From Candidatus Saliniplasma sp. (GTDB lineage: Archaea > Thermoplasmatota > Thermoplasmata > Halarchaeoplasmatales > Halarchaeoplasmataceae), in assembly GCA_046497075.1 (NCBI GenBank), contig JAWOGF010000066.1, positions 3,786 to 67,785 on the forward strand: 64,000 nt of DNA, written 5' to 3'. The notes beneath the pieces were generated by a model. That model saw nothing but the letters and a program-made list of their open reading frames with translations, was not told where the DNA came from and ran no database searches. A program made the translations under genes and the position numbers. The first letter of the stretch is position 1. The number at the start of each line of letters is the position of its first letter. Of this stretch, positions 45,208 to 54,452 are shown piece after piece.

Positions 45208-45588
45208 ATGTATCCAGAACATATCGATGTAAAAGTCAAGATCAAAACCCCGATATACCCGACGGAAGATATCGACAAAATAAAAACTTGCATGAGCAAG
45301 ATCTTCCCAGAAGCTGTTTGGGAAGTCAAAGATAAAGAGATCGTTGGAGAGTCCACTTCTCTAGAGACCTTTGCCGAAATAATAGAGAATATGAAAATCA
45401 GGGATACCGTTCGTAGTTATCTTGTAGAACGTATAACAGGCGATAAATGTTCTTTCACACTTTCGAAACAAGCTTCTTGCAACATTAAAGTAAACCTTTC
45501 CGATAAAGACCAACCACTTGGTGGGATCAATGTTACAATAGAATCTGACCAGCTAGATATGTTGATTAAAGAGATAACTGAAACCTGA
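45208..45588 (+). CDS. Hypothetical protein, possibly UPF0201/COG1931-type predicted RNA-binding protein
   Basis: 126 aa. The pattern VKVKIKTPIYPTEDIDKIKTCMSKIFP resembles that archaeal family from memory only. Confidence 0.4.
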   Translation: MYPEHIDVKVKIKTPIYPTEDIDKIKTCMSKIFPEAVWEVKDKEIVGESTSLETFAEIIENMKIRDTVRSYLVERITGDKCSFTLSKQASCNIKVNLSDKDQPLGGINVTIESDQLDMLIKEITET

Positions 45589-45684
45589 AGGCCATAAGGC
45601 AGAGATTATTTAAATCCCCTATTAAGTAAACTATAATAATAAGCTAATTATGAATTTATCATCGATTAAAAAGAGTGAAATTAA

Positions 45685-46671
45685 ATGGATTGGATGACGG
45701 TTGTATACTTAATCGCACTGGTCATATTGGTTTACCTGAGCGGACGTTTTTCAGGTTCTGAAACAGCTTTAACTTCTTTATCTAAAGTGGATATCGCAAA
45801 TATGAGGATAGATAATGAAAAAAATGCGGAGATAATTTACAAGCTCAGGTCTAACATGGATGAAACTATAATAACGATACTCATAGGAAATAATCTTGTT
45901 AATGTTACTGCATCATCGATCGCTACCGTGTTAGCGTATGATTTTATCGGTAACTGGGGTGTTTCCTTGGCGGTGGGTCTTTTAACTATCATCCTACTCG
46001 TATTTGGGGAGATAACGCCTAAGGGTTTTGCAATCAAGAATAAGAAACATTTCAGCCAGATAAACGCTAAGATGATATATTATCTTTCTATAATAATGGG
46101 TCCCCTGATACAGGTATTGGATAGAACATCTGATTTTCTCATAGATCTGGTAGGGGGTAAGACAAAGGATGAGGATATGCAAGTTTCTGAATCCGACGTT
46201 AGAAAACTAGCGTCTATTTTGGAGAGGGAAGGCGTAATTAAAGAGATAGAGAGAGATATCTTACACCAAGTATTCTGGTTCGGTGATGTTAAAGTAAAAG
46301 AGGTAAAGGTCCCCAAAGAGGATACATTCGTGATAGATGGAAAATTGAGTGTTGATGAGGGTAAGGAGTTCATAAAAGAGCACGGTTTCACTAGGGTGCC
46401 GGTAACAAAACATGGAACCAATGAGGTCATCGGCATCCTATACAGCAAGGATCTTTTATCCAGTTCCGGAGCTAAGATAAGTGATTTTATAGGTGAAGAT
46501 CCATTCTATGTTAGTAATAAAGATGAGATCACAGATGTTTTTGAAATTATGCGGCGGAACAGGATACACATGGCTGTCGTAGTTGGTAAAGCTGGTAAAT
46601 TTGACGGCATCATCACACTTGAAGATATTTTAGAAGAACTGCTTGGAGAGATATATGACGAGTTCGACTGA
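45685..46671 (+). CDS. CNNM/DUF21 transmembrane domain + CBS-pair protein (CorB/TlyC-like Mg/Co transport family)
   Basis: 328 aa. N-terminal 4-TM DUF21 (FSGSETALTSLS, ILIGNNLVNV, FGEITPK) followed by a tandem CBS region. Confidence 0.8.
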   Translation: MDWMTVVYLIALVILVYLSGRFSGSETALTSLSKVDIANMRIDNEKNAEIIYKLRSNMDETIITILIGNNLVNVTASSIATVLAYDFIGNWGVSLAVGLLTIILLVFGEITPKGFAIKNKKHFSQINAKMIYYLSIIMGPLIQVLDRTSDFLIDLVGGKTKDEDMQVSESDVRKLASILEREGVIKEIERDILHQVFWFGDVKVKEVKVPKEDTFVIDGKLSVDEGKEFIKEHGFTRVPVTKHGTNEVIGILYSKDLLSSSGAKISDFIGEDPFYVSNKDEITDVFEIMRRNRIHMAVVVGKAGKFDGIITLEDILEELLGEIYDEFD

Positions 46672-46700
46672 ATCGTCTCAATAAACTTTTTATAAAAACC

Positions 46701-47306
46701 TTGATTATTACTGAAAAGATGATACTCAGAATCATCGTAGCTACATTGTTCATATTCTTCCTACCAGGTTTCATGCTGGTCAACGCTCTTTTCCCAAGGA
46801 AGGGAGAACTAGATAAAGAGTTCGACATGCTGTATAGGATCACATTGGGCATGGGGATGAGCATAGTTATAACAATCCTGAACGGGTTTTTTTTAGGCTC
46901 TATACCCGTAGAACCGGATCAGATGGGTTATTTTGTTGCAGAGAACATATGGCTGATGTTGATCTCGATCACAATATTTTTCTTCTGGGTTGGTTGGTAC
47001 AGGGGTGCTTATCAGTGGATGGGATGGCTTCATCCTAAATTAGAAAGACCGGAACCTCCAGAACCTGGACCCGAGGACATAGAGTTCGAAGATGAGAGGG
47101 ACCTACTCCACGAGATGCAGAAACTCGCTAGAAGACGACAGCAGTTGAAGTACCAGATAAAAGAGGCAAAGAAGAAGAGCAAAGCTCAGGCTAAAAGTAT
47201 AAGAAATCATTATCAAAAGAAAAAAGAAAGGGCTCAAAAAGAATTGAAAGAGGTCGATGAGAGACTAAAAGAATTGGAAAAGATGAGGGCGGAGGAACTT
47301 TACTAA
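46701..47306 (+). CDS. Membrane protein with C-terminal basic coiled coil (DUF1616-like N-terminus)
   Basis: 201 aa, 3 TM helices, then EPPEPGPEDIEFEDE and a K/R-rich helix. The start could be ATG 46719. Confidence 0.5.
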   Translation: MIITEKMILRIIVATLFIFFLPGFMLVNALFPRKGELDKEFDMLYRITLGMGMSIVITILNGFFLGSIPVEPDQMGYFVAENIWLMLISITIFFFWVGWYRGAYQWMGWLHPKLERPEPPEPGPEDIEFEDERDLLHEMQKLARRRQQLKYQIKEAKKKSKAQAKSIRNHYQKKKERAQKELKEVDERLKELEKMRAEELY

Positions 47307-47672
47307 GTGGTAAAGATGAGTTTTGATCACAAGATGGTATTGGTAGTCCCCCGAAATTTGAAACTATCTCCGGGTAAATTGGCTGTTCAGGTATCTCATG
47401 CAGCAGTGAAATGTGCGCTCGAAAGCAAAGAAAAAAATGATTATTTTAGAAAGTGGTATCGGGAGGGGCAAAAGAAAGTGGTCGTGAAATGCGATGACCT
47501 GGAACATATGGAGTTTTTGAATAAGATGGCGGAGAAGGAGGGATTGACCACTTGCCTTGTCAGGGACGCAGGTATGACCGAGGTAGAACCCGGTACTGTT
47601 ACTTGTCTGGGTATAGGTCCCGGACCTAACAACTTAGTGGATAAAATAACCGGGGATCTCTCTTTAATATAG
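47307..47672 (+). CDS. pth2: Peptidyl-tRNA hydrolase, archaeal/eukaryotic type (Pth2)
   Basis: Motifs KLSPGKLAVQVSHAAV, KVVVKCDD and LVRDAGMTEVEPGTVTCLGIGP. Start is GTG 47307 or ATG 47316. Confidence 0.9.
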   Translation: MVKMSFDHKMVLVVPRNLKLSPGKLAVQVSHAAVKCALESKEKNDYFRKWYREGQKKVVVKCDDLEHMEFLNKMAEKEGLTTCLVRDAGMTEVEPGTVTCLGIGPGPNNLVDKITGDLSLI

Positions 47673-48254
47673 GTGATCAGCTTGAAACAGAAATTGAGGG
47701 TAATAGGTATCGATGATGCACCGTTCGAATTCAAAGATGATGATGTTTTAGTTGTTGGCAGCATAGTTCGAGCACCTAATTACCTGGAAGGGATTTTATC
47801 AACTAGAGTCAAGGTCGATGGTGTAGATGCAACTGATAAACTTATTCAGATGATATCATCTTCGAGGTTCGCTGATCAACCTTATATGGTCTTAACCGAC
47901 GGTGCCGCATTAGGAGGTTTCAATCTGATCGATTTGAAGAAACTTTGGAAAGAAACGGGTATACCTGCAGTGAGTATCTCTAGAGACGAACCTGATTTTG
48001 AAAGTATTAAAAGAGCCATGAAAGAGCACCTTCCAGGATGGAGGGATAAGTACAAAAAGATTAAATCAGGCAAGATATACAAGATAGAAACCGAACACAA
48101 ACCGATCTTTGTGCAGGTAGAAGGTAGTACCATCTCAGAGGTTGAAAGGATCATCAAATTGTTCACTATCCGAGGTAGGATCCCTGAACCAATCCGGATG
48201 AGTCATATCGTAGCATCGGGTATAGTGAGAGGAGAGTCCAAGGGTAAACCTTGA
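47673..48254 (+). CDS. DUF99/UPF0215 family protein (endonuclease dU-like)
   Basis: 193 aa. Motif RVIGIDDAPF...VVGSIVRAPNYLEGILSTRVKVDGVDAT...VLTDGAALGGFNLID. Confidence 0.75.
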   Translation: MISLKQKLRVIGIDDAPFEFKDDDVLVVGSIVRAPNYLEGILSTRVKVDGVDATDKLIQMISSSRFADQPYMVLTDGAALGGFNLIDLKKLWKETGIPAVSISRDEPDFESIKRAMKEHLPGWRDKYKKIKSGKIYKIETEHKPIFVQVEGSTISEVERIIKLFTIRGRIPEPIRMSHIVASGIVRGESKGKP

Positions 48255-48278
48255 TACTTTGATACTTTGATACCTTGA

Positions 48279-48797
48279 TCAACCCGATTCAAATTCCACG
48301 AAACGTTCTGCTTTCGCTTTACATATAGGACATATCGGCGGTGGCTCTTCTCTAGCAGCTAGATAACCACAAACAGTGCATCTCCAGACTTTGACATCTT
48401 CCTTTTCTTCAGTAGCGTGTTCCACTTCCTCCTCTCCCCTCTCTTCTTTAGCTTCCAAACCTGCATCGATTATAGATTGGGGTCTTCTTTCTGGTATTGG
48501 CCCTAGTTTAGAAGGATCTTCATATACCTCCTCAGAAACGAAAAGACCACAGTAACACATTCCGTACTCATTTACATCAGCATCCCTGTATTCACAGGGG
48601 CATATTATGTCTACATCGTACTGTTTTACACCACTTGCTGGTCTGCATGGACAACTTGCGTAACCGTACCTTTTTTCATTTTCCACCATGCCTTTTATCA
48701 AGTCCTGCAACAGACCTTCATCAGGACATACGTAATACCCGTTCTCTTCAGCATCTTTCTTCACATACTCCAGCATCTCTTCTTCAGACTTCATCAA
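48279..48797 (-). CDS. Ferredoxin:thioredoxin reductase catalytic-subunit-like protein fused to C-terminal rubredoxin
   Basis: 172 aa. FTR Cys motifs CPCR, CPCEYRD and CYCGLF. Rubredoxin WRCTVCGY...PPPICPICKA. Confidence 0.8.
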   Translation of the reverse strand: MMKSEEEMLEYVKKDAEENGYYVCPDEGLLQDLIKGMVENEKRYGYASCPCRPASGVKQYDVDIICPCEYRDADVNEYGMCYCGLFVSEEVYEDPSKLGPIPERRPQSIIDAGLEAKEERGEEEVEHATEEKEDVKVWRCTVCGYLAAREEPPPICPICKAKAERFVEFESG

Positions 48798-49132
48798 AAC
48801 AGCACTTCCCTTATTTTGTCTTCCATGTAGCCTACTATCACCGTTTCACCTTCATCGACCACAATTGTTGGACAGTTCTTTTTTGGATTATATTCTTTGA
48901 ACTCTTCCATGATCTCTTTTCGATCATCTCCCTCTAAAAGATCGATATCGACATATTCGTATTCGACGCCTTCTTCTTCCAACAATTTTTTAGTCTTTTT
49001 ACACCATCCACATGTACTAAGTGTGAATATTTTGACATCGTGCTCGTTTTTTTCACCTTCAACTTTGGTAGTCTCGACCATGATATAACGAGGTAATCTT
49101 ATAATATTAACTTTAGGGTGGTCAGAACTCAA
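48794..49132 (-). CDS. Glutaredoxin/thioredoxin-like small redox protein
   Basis: 112 aa. Active site STCGWCKKTK, with the glutaredoxin-like motif CPTIVV. The start may be the internal Met (49081). ATGA-type overlap with the FTR gene. Confidence 0.75.
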   Translation of the reverse strand: MSSDHPKVNIIRLPRYIMVETTKVEGEKNEHDVKIFTLSTCGWCKKTKKLLEEEGVEYEYVDIDLLEGDDRKEIMEEFKEYNPKKNCPTIVVDEGETVIVGYMEDKIREVLF

Positions 49133-50408
49133 GGTATTTCTTTAGTTCCCAGTCCGTGACCGTCCTTTTGTAATCTCTACTTTCGGATCTTTTCAGTCTA
49201 AGGTAATGTTCATAAGATTCTTCAAGAGAATCGGAAATCAATTCATCCTTTTCCAACTCATCTAAAGCTTCGTCGAGACTTTCTGGCAGTAGTTCTATAC
49301 CCCTTTCCCGTATCTTATCCTCGTCTAGTTTAAAAAGGTCATCCCTTACTTCTTTACCAGGGTCTAAACCTTTTTCCATCCCGTCTATACCCGCTTTGAT
49401 CAAGGAATTCAACATGAGGTAGATGTTAGTGGAGGCATCTCCTGCTCTAAATTCCACCCTGCCTTTAGATTCCTCTTCGTTTCCATAGGCGGGTATCCTC
49501 ACCAATACGCTTCTATTCTCTCCACCCCATGAGATATAAACTGGGGCTTCGTAACCTGGTATCAATCTTTTATAGGAATTTACAGTGGGGCAACACACTG
49601 CTGAGAGGGCTTTAGCATGATCGAGTACCCCTCCTATAAACCCTTTAGCCTCCTCGTTCAACTCATCTGGTGAAAACAGATATTCCCCATCTTTCATAAG
49701 GGATAGATGCACGTGCATTCCATTGCCTGCATCAGCCATCACTGGTTTGGGCATAAAGGTAGCGATAGCCCCATATTTTTCAGCTTCTCTTTTAACTAAA
49801 TCTTTTACGAAAACAAAGTCATCCGCTGCCTTCAAGGTGCTATCATATGGCATGGGCTCTATCTCAAATTGACCCGCACCTGCCTCATGATGTATCTTTT
49901 CAACTTTCATGTCTAACTTCCTAGTCAATCTAGTAAGATCCCCTATGATACTGGTGTATTCACTCCGTCCATCAATATATCTACCAGAATCTATAGGTTC
50001 TTTAGTTTCCTTATCCAAAAGATGAAATTCGTACTCTGGTTTGACTCTAACATTTATACCCTTTTCTTTCAAATCATTGAGAGTGCTTTTCAATAGATTT
50101 CGGGGGTCTCCTTTGAACATGCTTCCATCGGGCCAGTGCATTTCACATAAGAAAACTGCCACTTTTTCTTCATCATACTCTAAAACTCTACAACTATCCG
50201 GATCAGGAACAGCGACCATATCACTCTCTGAAACATCTGTAAAACCTACATTTGAGGAGTCAAAACTCATACCGTCCTCAAGTATAACACCCAACATATC
50301 TGGCATTATACGTATCTCTCTGACCCTACCCTGGAGATCGAGAAATCTCAATGCAACCGAATCTACATCTTCCGGAACAGTTATCTTTTTGCCCATCTTA
50401 AGCACCAT
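49122..50408 (-). CDS. glnA: Glutamine synthetase, type I (short archaeal form)
   Basis: 428 aa. Motifs FLDLQGRVREI, KPVMADAGNGMHVHLSL and NSYKRLIPGYEAP. Confidence 0.9.
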   Translation of the reverse strand: MVLKMGKKITVPEDVDSVALRFLDLQGRVREIRIMPDMLGVILEDGMSFDSSNVGFTDVSESDMVAVPDPDSCRVLEYDEEKVAVFLCEMHWPDGSMFKGDPRNLLKSTLNDLKEKGINVRVKPEYEFHLLDKETKEPIDSGRYIDGRSEYTSIIGDLTRLTRKLDMKVEKIHHEAGAGQFEIEPMPYDSTLKAADDFVFVKDLVKREAEKYGAIATFMPKPVMADAGNGMHVHLSLMKDGEYLFSPDELNEEAKGFIGGVLDHAKALSAVCCPTVNSYKRLIPGYEAPVYISWGGENRSVLVRIPAYGNEEESKGRVEFRAGDASTNIYLMLNSLIKAGIDGMEKGLDPGKEVRDDLFKLDEDKIRERGIELLPESLDEALDELEKDELISDSLEESYEHYLRLKRSESRDYKRTVTDWELKKYLEF

Positions 50409-50414
50409 AAACCC

Positions 50415-51533
50415 CTATAAGCCTCTCATATTAAACCTTTTATAAATATCCGATATTTTCTCAGCTATCTGATTCATATCTTCAGGACCCAATCCCCTGT
50501 GTGTGACCTCGGCTACACCCATCCTACCCGTTATATCTATGAATATATCCTCCCGTTCCAACATCTTGCAAAACTTCATAGCTTCTTCCTTATCTAGATC
50601 CAAGAATATCTGGTGGGATTCGGTGTAACCTTTCTCGGCGAATTTCATAGGGACATCTGATTCGTCTAAAGCCCTACCTAGTGCTTTACCGTTCTTAACA
50701 ACCCGTTCACCATATCCCTCATCATCCAGTAGTTCTTCCATAGCTATGCCCAGACCAGCTATCCTGTTTACATGTGGGTTATCTATAAGACCTATTCCCG
50801 TGTCAAGGTCGATCTCTATGTATCTGCGAAGCATCTTAACGTACTCTTCAGAATCTGTTAGGATCATCCCACCTTGAGGTCCGTAAAAAGACTTATGAGT
50901 ACTGCCGATCAAAACGTCTGCTCCTTCTTCAAGAGGGTCCTGAAAGGCTCCAGTAGCTATTAAACCTAGAACATGGGAACCATCGAATACACAAACATGT
51001 GAATCCAGGTGTTTATCAGCTAGTGCTCTGATTTCTTCGACAGGGTGCGGAAATGGGATGTAAGAAGAGCCAAGTATGGTAAGTTTCACATCATTTTTTC
51101 GATACACTTCTTTAGCCTTTTCCACATCGATCTCATAAGTACCATCTTTGACAGGTAAAGATACCCTTCTCCTATCGAACTTTTTTAAACCTAGTGGATA
51201 TCCGCCGTTTGTATAATCCATCATAGCTATCTGATCACCGGGGTCTGTGAAAGAAAACAATACATCTAGATCACATAGATTACCTGAAATCAGTTTGATC
51301 AAAGCGTGTTTTACATCGAACAGCTCTTCAGCTAGTTCTTTCGTAGTATCCAAGATCTCTCGGGCGGGCTTTGTACCTCCATAATAGGTTGAATGGTACC
51401 TACCCGCTAGATCCGAAGATAATGCCCTTTTCACATCATCTGATATGTGATTCTCGGAAGCAACAAGATTGATACCTCTTTCTCTTAAATTCTCATGCCG
51501 TTCGACCAGTTCTTTGATATTTGAATTTTTCAT
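50415..51533 (-). CDS. glyA: Serine hydroxymethyltransferase family protein (short, divergent)
   Basis: 372 aa. Motif INLVASENHIS...YYGG and PLP-lysine motif GSTHKSFYGPQGG. Confidence 0.7.
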   Translation of the reverse strand: MKNSNIKELVERHENLRERGINLVASENHISDDVKRALSSDLAGRYHSTYYGGTKPAREILDTTKELAEELFDVKHALIKLISGNLCDLDVLFSFTDPGDQIAMMDYTNGGYPLGLKKFDRRRVSLPVKDGTYEIDVEKAKEVYRKNDVKLTILGSSYIPFPHPVEEIRALADKHLDSHVCVFDGSHVLGLIATGAFQDPLEEGADVLIGSTHKSFYGPQGGMILTDSEEYVKMLRRYIEIDLDTGIGLIDNPHVNRIAGLGIAMEELLDDEGYGERVVKNGKALGRALDESDVPMKFAEKGYTESHQIFLDLDKEEAMKFCKMLEREDIFIDITGRMGVAEVTHRGLGPEDMNQIAEKISDIYKRFNMRGL

Positions 51534-51664
51534 GGATATGCCTCGATTTTCAATGTAATACCCCTAGTTTTTAATATATTTAATGACAGTTCAGGACATC
51601 GAAAGTGACCTTTACTAATATTAAAAAACCAAATTTTAAATACCTCTCCTTTCGATAATGAACC

Positions 51665-52048
51665 ATGCGGATAACTAATACAGATAAAATAGCAGATGAT
51701 GAGATCGTAGAGGATTTAGGTCTTGTTAGAGGTAACACGGTGAGAGCAAGAAATGCTGTGAGAGATTTTACACAGGGCATAAGGAACATCTTCGGTGGTG
51801 AACTAAAAGCATACTCCGATCTTATGACTGATGCAAGAGAAGAAGCCATTGGGAGGATGGTGCAAGATGCTCAGAGATTGGGGGCTGATGCCATCGTTAA
51901 CGTAAGATTTATGACTTCTCAGATAACCAAGGGCGGAGCGGAGATACTTGCATATGGTACTGCAGTGAAACTGAAGAGAGGATCCTCTAAATCAACTGGA
52001 CGATCTTCACAGAATACTCCACCAAAACCCCCACCAGATCAGTGGTAA
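51665..52048 (+). CDS. YbjQ/UPF0145 (DUF74) family protein with Pro-rich C-terminal tail
   Basis: 127 aa. Motif LGLVRGNTVRARNAVRDFTQGIRNIFGGELKAYSDLMTDAREEAIGRMVQDAQRLGADAIVNVRF. Confidence 0.8.
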   Translation: MRITNTDKIADDEIVEDLGLVRGNTVRARNAVRDFTQGIRNIFGGELKAYSDLMTDAREEAIGRMVQDAQRLGADAIVNVRFMTSQITKGGAEILAYGTAVKLKRGSSKSTGRSSQNTPPKPPPDQW

Positions 52049-52118
52049 AAATGACTTAGAGAGATGGGAGAACTCTCTACAAGGTATCTGAGTAGCTTAC
52101 AGAATATTTTAAAGTTAT

Positions 52119-52427
52119 TCAGTATTCAGTAATGTCTCTTTTACAGTGTTTACACCAAACTGCGTCTTTAGGAATTCTATTGTTGCAGTAAGGACATTTT
52201 TTAGTAGATGAACGTATGAATTCTTTTTTGATAAGGATAAGTATTACAATTATGATCATCATTACAAAAATAGTAAAGAGTCCACAAAGAATAGTAAATG
52301 GGATAACAAAGAAATTTGAAGGGAGTAGATTAGAAAAATAAAACCTAAAAATATTCACTACTCTTATCAACTCGGCAAAGATCTGATCGAACATATCTAC
52401 GAATTTATCTATAATCATGGTGATCAT
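52119..52427 (-). CDS. Small membrane protein with C-terminal zinc ribbon
   Basis: 102 aa, 2 TM helices, CPYCNNRIPKDAVWCKHC. Confidence 0.5.
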   Translation of the reverse strand: MITMIIDKFVDMFDQIFAELIRVVNIFRFYFSNLLPSNFFVIPFTILCGLFTIFVMMIIIVILILIKKEFIRSSTKKCPYCNNRIPKDAVWCKHCKRDITEY

Positions 52428-52439
52428 TTGATTTTTACT

Positions 52440-53003
52440 TTACTCATCCCATTCTCTCCTCAAAAGACCGTATCCGATCCTATGGATATATTTTCCTCCC
52501 CACCTTTTGATCTCTCTTTCTGTTCCCTCCTCAACGAATCCAAGTTTCTCTGCTACCCTCTGCATCCGTGAGTTGTATGAATAGGTTCGAATAGCGATCT
52601 TATGGATATCGGAGTATTCTAGTAAATAATCGATCCATAATTGAAGAGCCTCTGTACCAAATCCTTTTCCTAGATATTCATCTTCGCATATATCTATACC
52701 TACGTACCAGAGATCAAGATCTTCCTTATCTGAATATCTATTAACCCATCCTATTGGGATACCATCTGTAGTCGATATCAATGCTCTCTTTCGAGGATGT
52801 TCTTTTTCTTCCATGTAAAGATTCCGAAATGATCTTCTTCTTTTATCCTTGGACATATCCTCTTTCTCCACCTCCCATGGAGCATCGTACTCCTGCCACT
52901 CACCCTCATCCCACCAACCAACATATATTTCAACGTCGGATTCTACCCCATCTCTCAGTAGTATGTTTTCACCTTTGGAAATTATGGTGTATTCATCTTT
53001 CAC
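52440..53003 (-). CDS. GNAT family N-acetyltransferase (RimJ/RimL-like)
   Basis: 187 aa. Acetyl-CoA motif LGKGFGTEALQLWIDYL. C-terminal NSRMQRVAEKLGFVEEG. Confidence 0.8.
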   Translation of the reverse strand: MKDEYTIISKGENILLRDGVESDVEIYVGWWDEGEWQEYDAPWEVEKEDMSKDKRRRSFRNLYMEEKEHPRKRALISTTDGIPIGWVNRYSDKEDLDLWYVGIDICEDEYLGKGFGTEALQLWIDYLLEYSDIHKIAIRTYSYNSRMQRVAEKLGFVEEGTEREIKRWGGKYIHRIGYGLLRREWDE

Positions 53004-53015
53004 TTCCGTCCACCT

Positions 53016-53597
53016 CTATTCTAACCCAAGATACCAAATCAGCATGGTTTCGTGAGATAAATTTTCTTCCCCCATGTAAGCGTATCTATCGACGCATCCC
53101 AACCTACATCCTTCTTTAACGTAGAAATTACAGGCTGGAACGTTGACGTTCTGTGTTTCAACCTTCAAAAGTTTACAATCTCTTTTTTTGGACCACTCTA
53201 CGGCCTTTTGAAACAAACTATGCCCGATCCCTTTGCCCCTGAATTCTGGATGAACTCTTATGTCCCAAACAACGGCTATATCGTTACGACCTGACAGCAT
53301 GTTAACACCCTCTGTATCGTAAGCGATGATCACCCCTCCTACCACCTCGTTTTCAAACAAAGCGGTGAAAAAGCCCCAATTAGTCGTGTCGAACTCTTTT
53401 TGCAACCTTTTTATATCTGAGTCGTCACCATAATCCTTCATGTAGCTTTCATCGAGCTCCTTCTCTACCAGCTTGATACCACCCAGACCCTGATGGATCA
53501 GCCTGACATCATATATACGGTTGACCTCGAATGTAATTGGGATCTCAACATATTCATCTATATCTTCGAGAGATATCTCTTTTAACCTGATATCCAT
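53016..53597 (-). CDS. GNAT family N-acetyltransferase (streptothricin-acetyltransferase-like layout)
   Basis: 193 aa. Motifs IRVHPEFRGKGIGHSLFQKAVEWSK and NVPACNFYVKEGC. Confidence 0.75.
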   Translation of the reverse strand: MDIRLKEISLEDIDEYVEIPITFEVNRIYDVRLIHQGLGGIKLVEKELDESYMKDYGDDSDIKRLQKEFDTTNWGFFTALFENEVVGGVIIAYDTEGVNMLSGRNDIAVVWDIRVHPEFRGKGIGHSLFQKAVEWSKKRDCKLLKVETQNVNVPACNFYVKEGCRLGCVDRYAYMGEENLSHETMLIWYLGLE

Positions 53598-53686
53598 ATA
53601 TGTTCATATGTTCATTCTCGTGATCGTTATAAGGTTTATTCTTATAAGCAGGGTAAAGATTTAAATCTGAAATATGTGTTGAACGG

Positions 53687-54379
53687 TTGATGAAAGAAAC
53701 CTCTTCTGAAAAACTTTGTAAAAATAGAAATTTCATACTTGCTTTGTTATTCGCGGTTTCATTCATCATCTTAACTGGGTTAGTAGTTCATGGTTCGACC
53801 GATTCAATCGACGTTTCGATACTACACTTTTTAGTCGGTCATGTAGAAAAACTTCCCATAAGCATAACGATAATTTTTGACTATACAGATATACCTATAT
53901 ATTTCACTTTTTTTCTCGGTATGATTTATTTCATAAAGGAGAAATCCTATCATCAGGCGCTAACTTATCTGTCGACGGTTACAGTTTCTTCTCTATCTTA
54001 CCCACTTTTGAAGTTGATTATAGCTAGACCTAGACCCACTACCTATTTAGTCTATAGATCAGGTTTTGCTTACCCAAGTGGTCATGCAACGATGTCTTTT
54101 GCAGTTTTCATAGGACTCTATGTGTCGTATTATATATACAGAAAAATGGAACACGACTATCTTTATTTCTCTATCCTTTCCACTGCAGCGGTTATCATCG
54201 CTTACTCTAGGATTTTTATGGGCTATCATCATCTCACGGATATAATCGCTGGATACCTATTAGCGGCTACGATCGTAGTTTTGATTCCACCCCTTTTTCA
54301 GTATCCGGTTATTAAGAAGCAGAGTGATAAACTCGGGGACTTCATGGAAGAGCACATAGTTTCTAGATTTAGAAAGTGA
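53687..54379 (+). CDS. PAP2 family phosphatase (undecaprenyl/dolichyl-diphosphatase-like)
   Basis: 230 aa. Motifs KLIIARPRP, PSGHA and SRIFMGYHHLTD. Confidence 0.85.
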   Translation: MMKETSSEKLCKNRNFILALLFAVSFIILTGLVVHGSTDSIDVSILHFLVGHVEKLPISITIIFDYTDIPIYFTFFLGMIYFIKEKSYHQALTYLSTVTVSSLSYPLLKLIIARPRPTTYLVYRSGFAYPSGHATMSFAVFIGLYVSYYIYRKMEHDYLYFSILSTAAVIIAYSRIFMGYHHLTDIIAGYLLAATIVVLIPPLFQYPVIKKQSDKLGDFMEEHIVSRFRK

Positions 54380-54452
54380 ATTTTTACCATATACAGTCTA
54401 TCTTTGTAAACCATCAATAAATTTATTTATTCTTTGATAATACCTTCATCTG

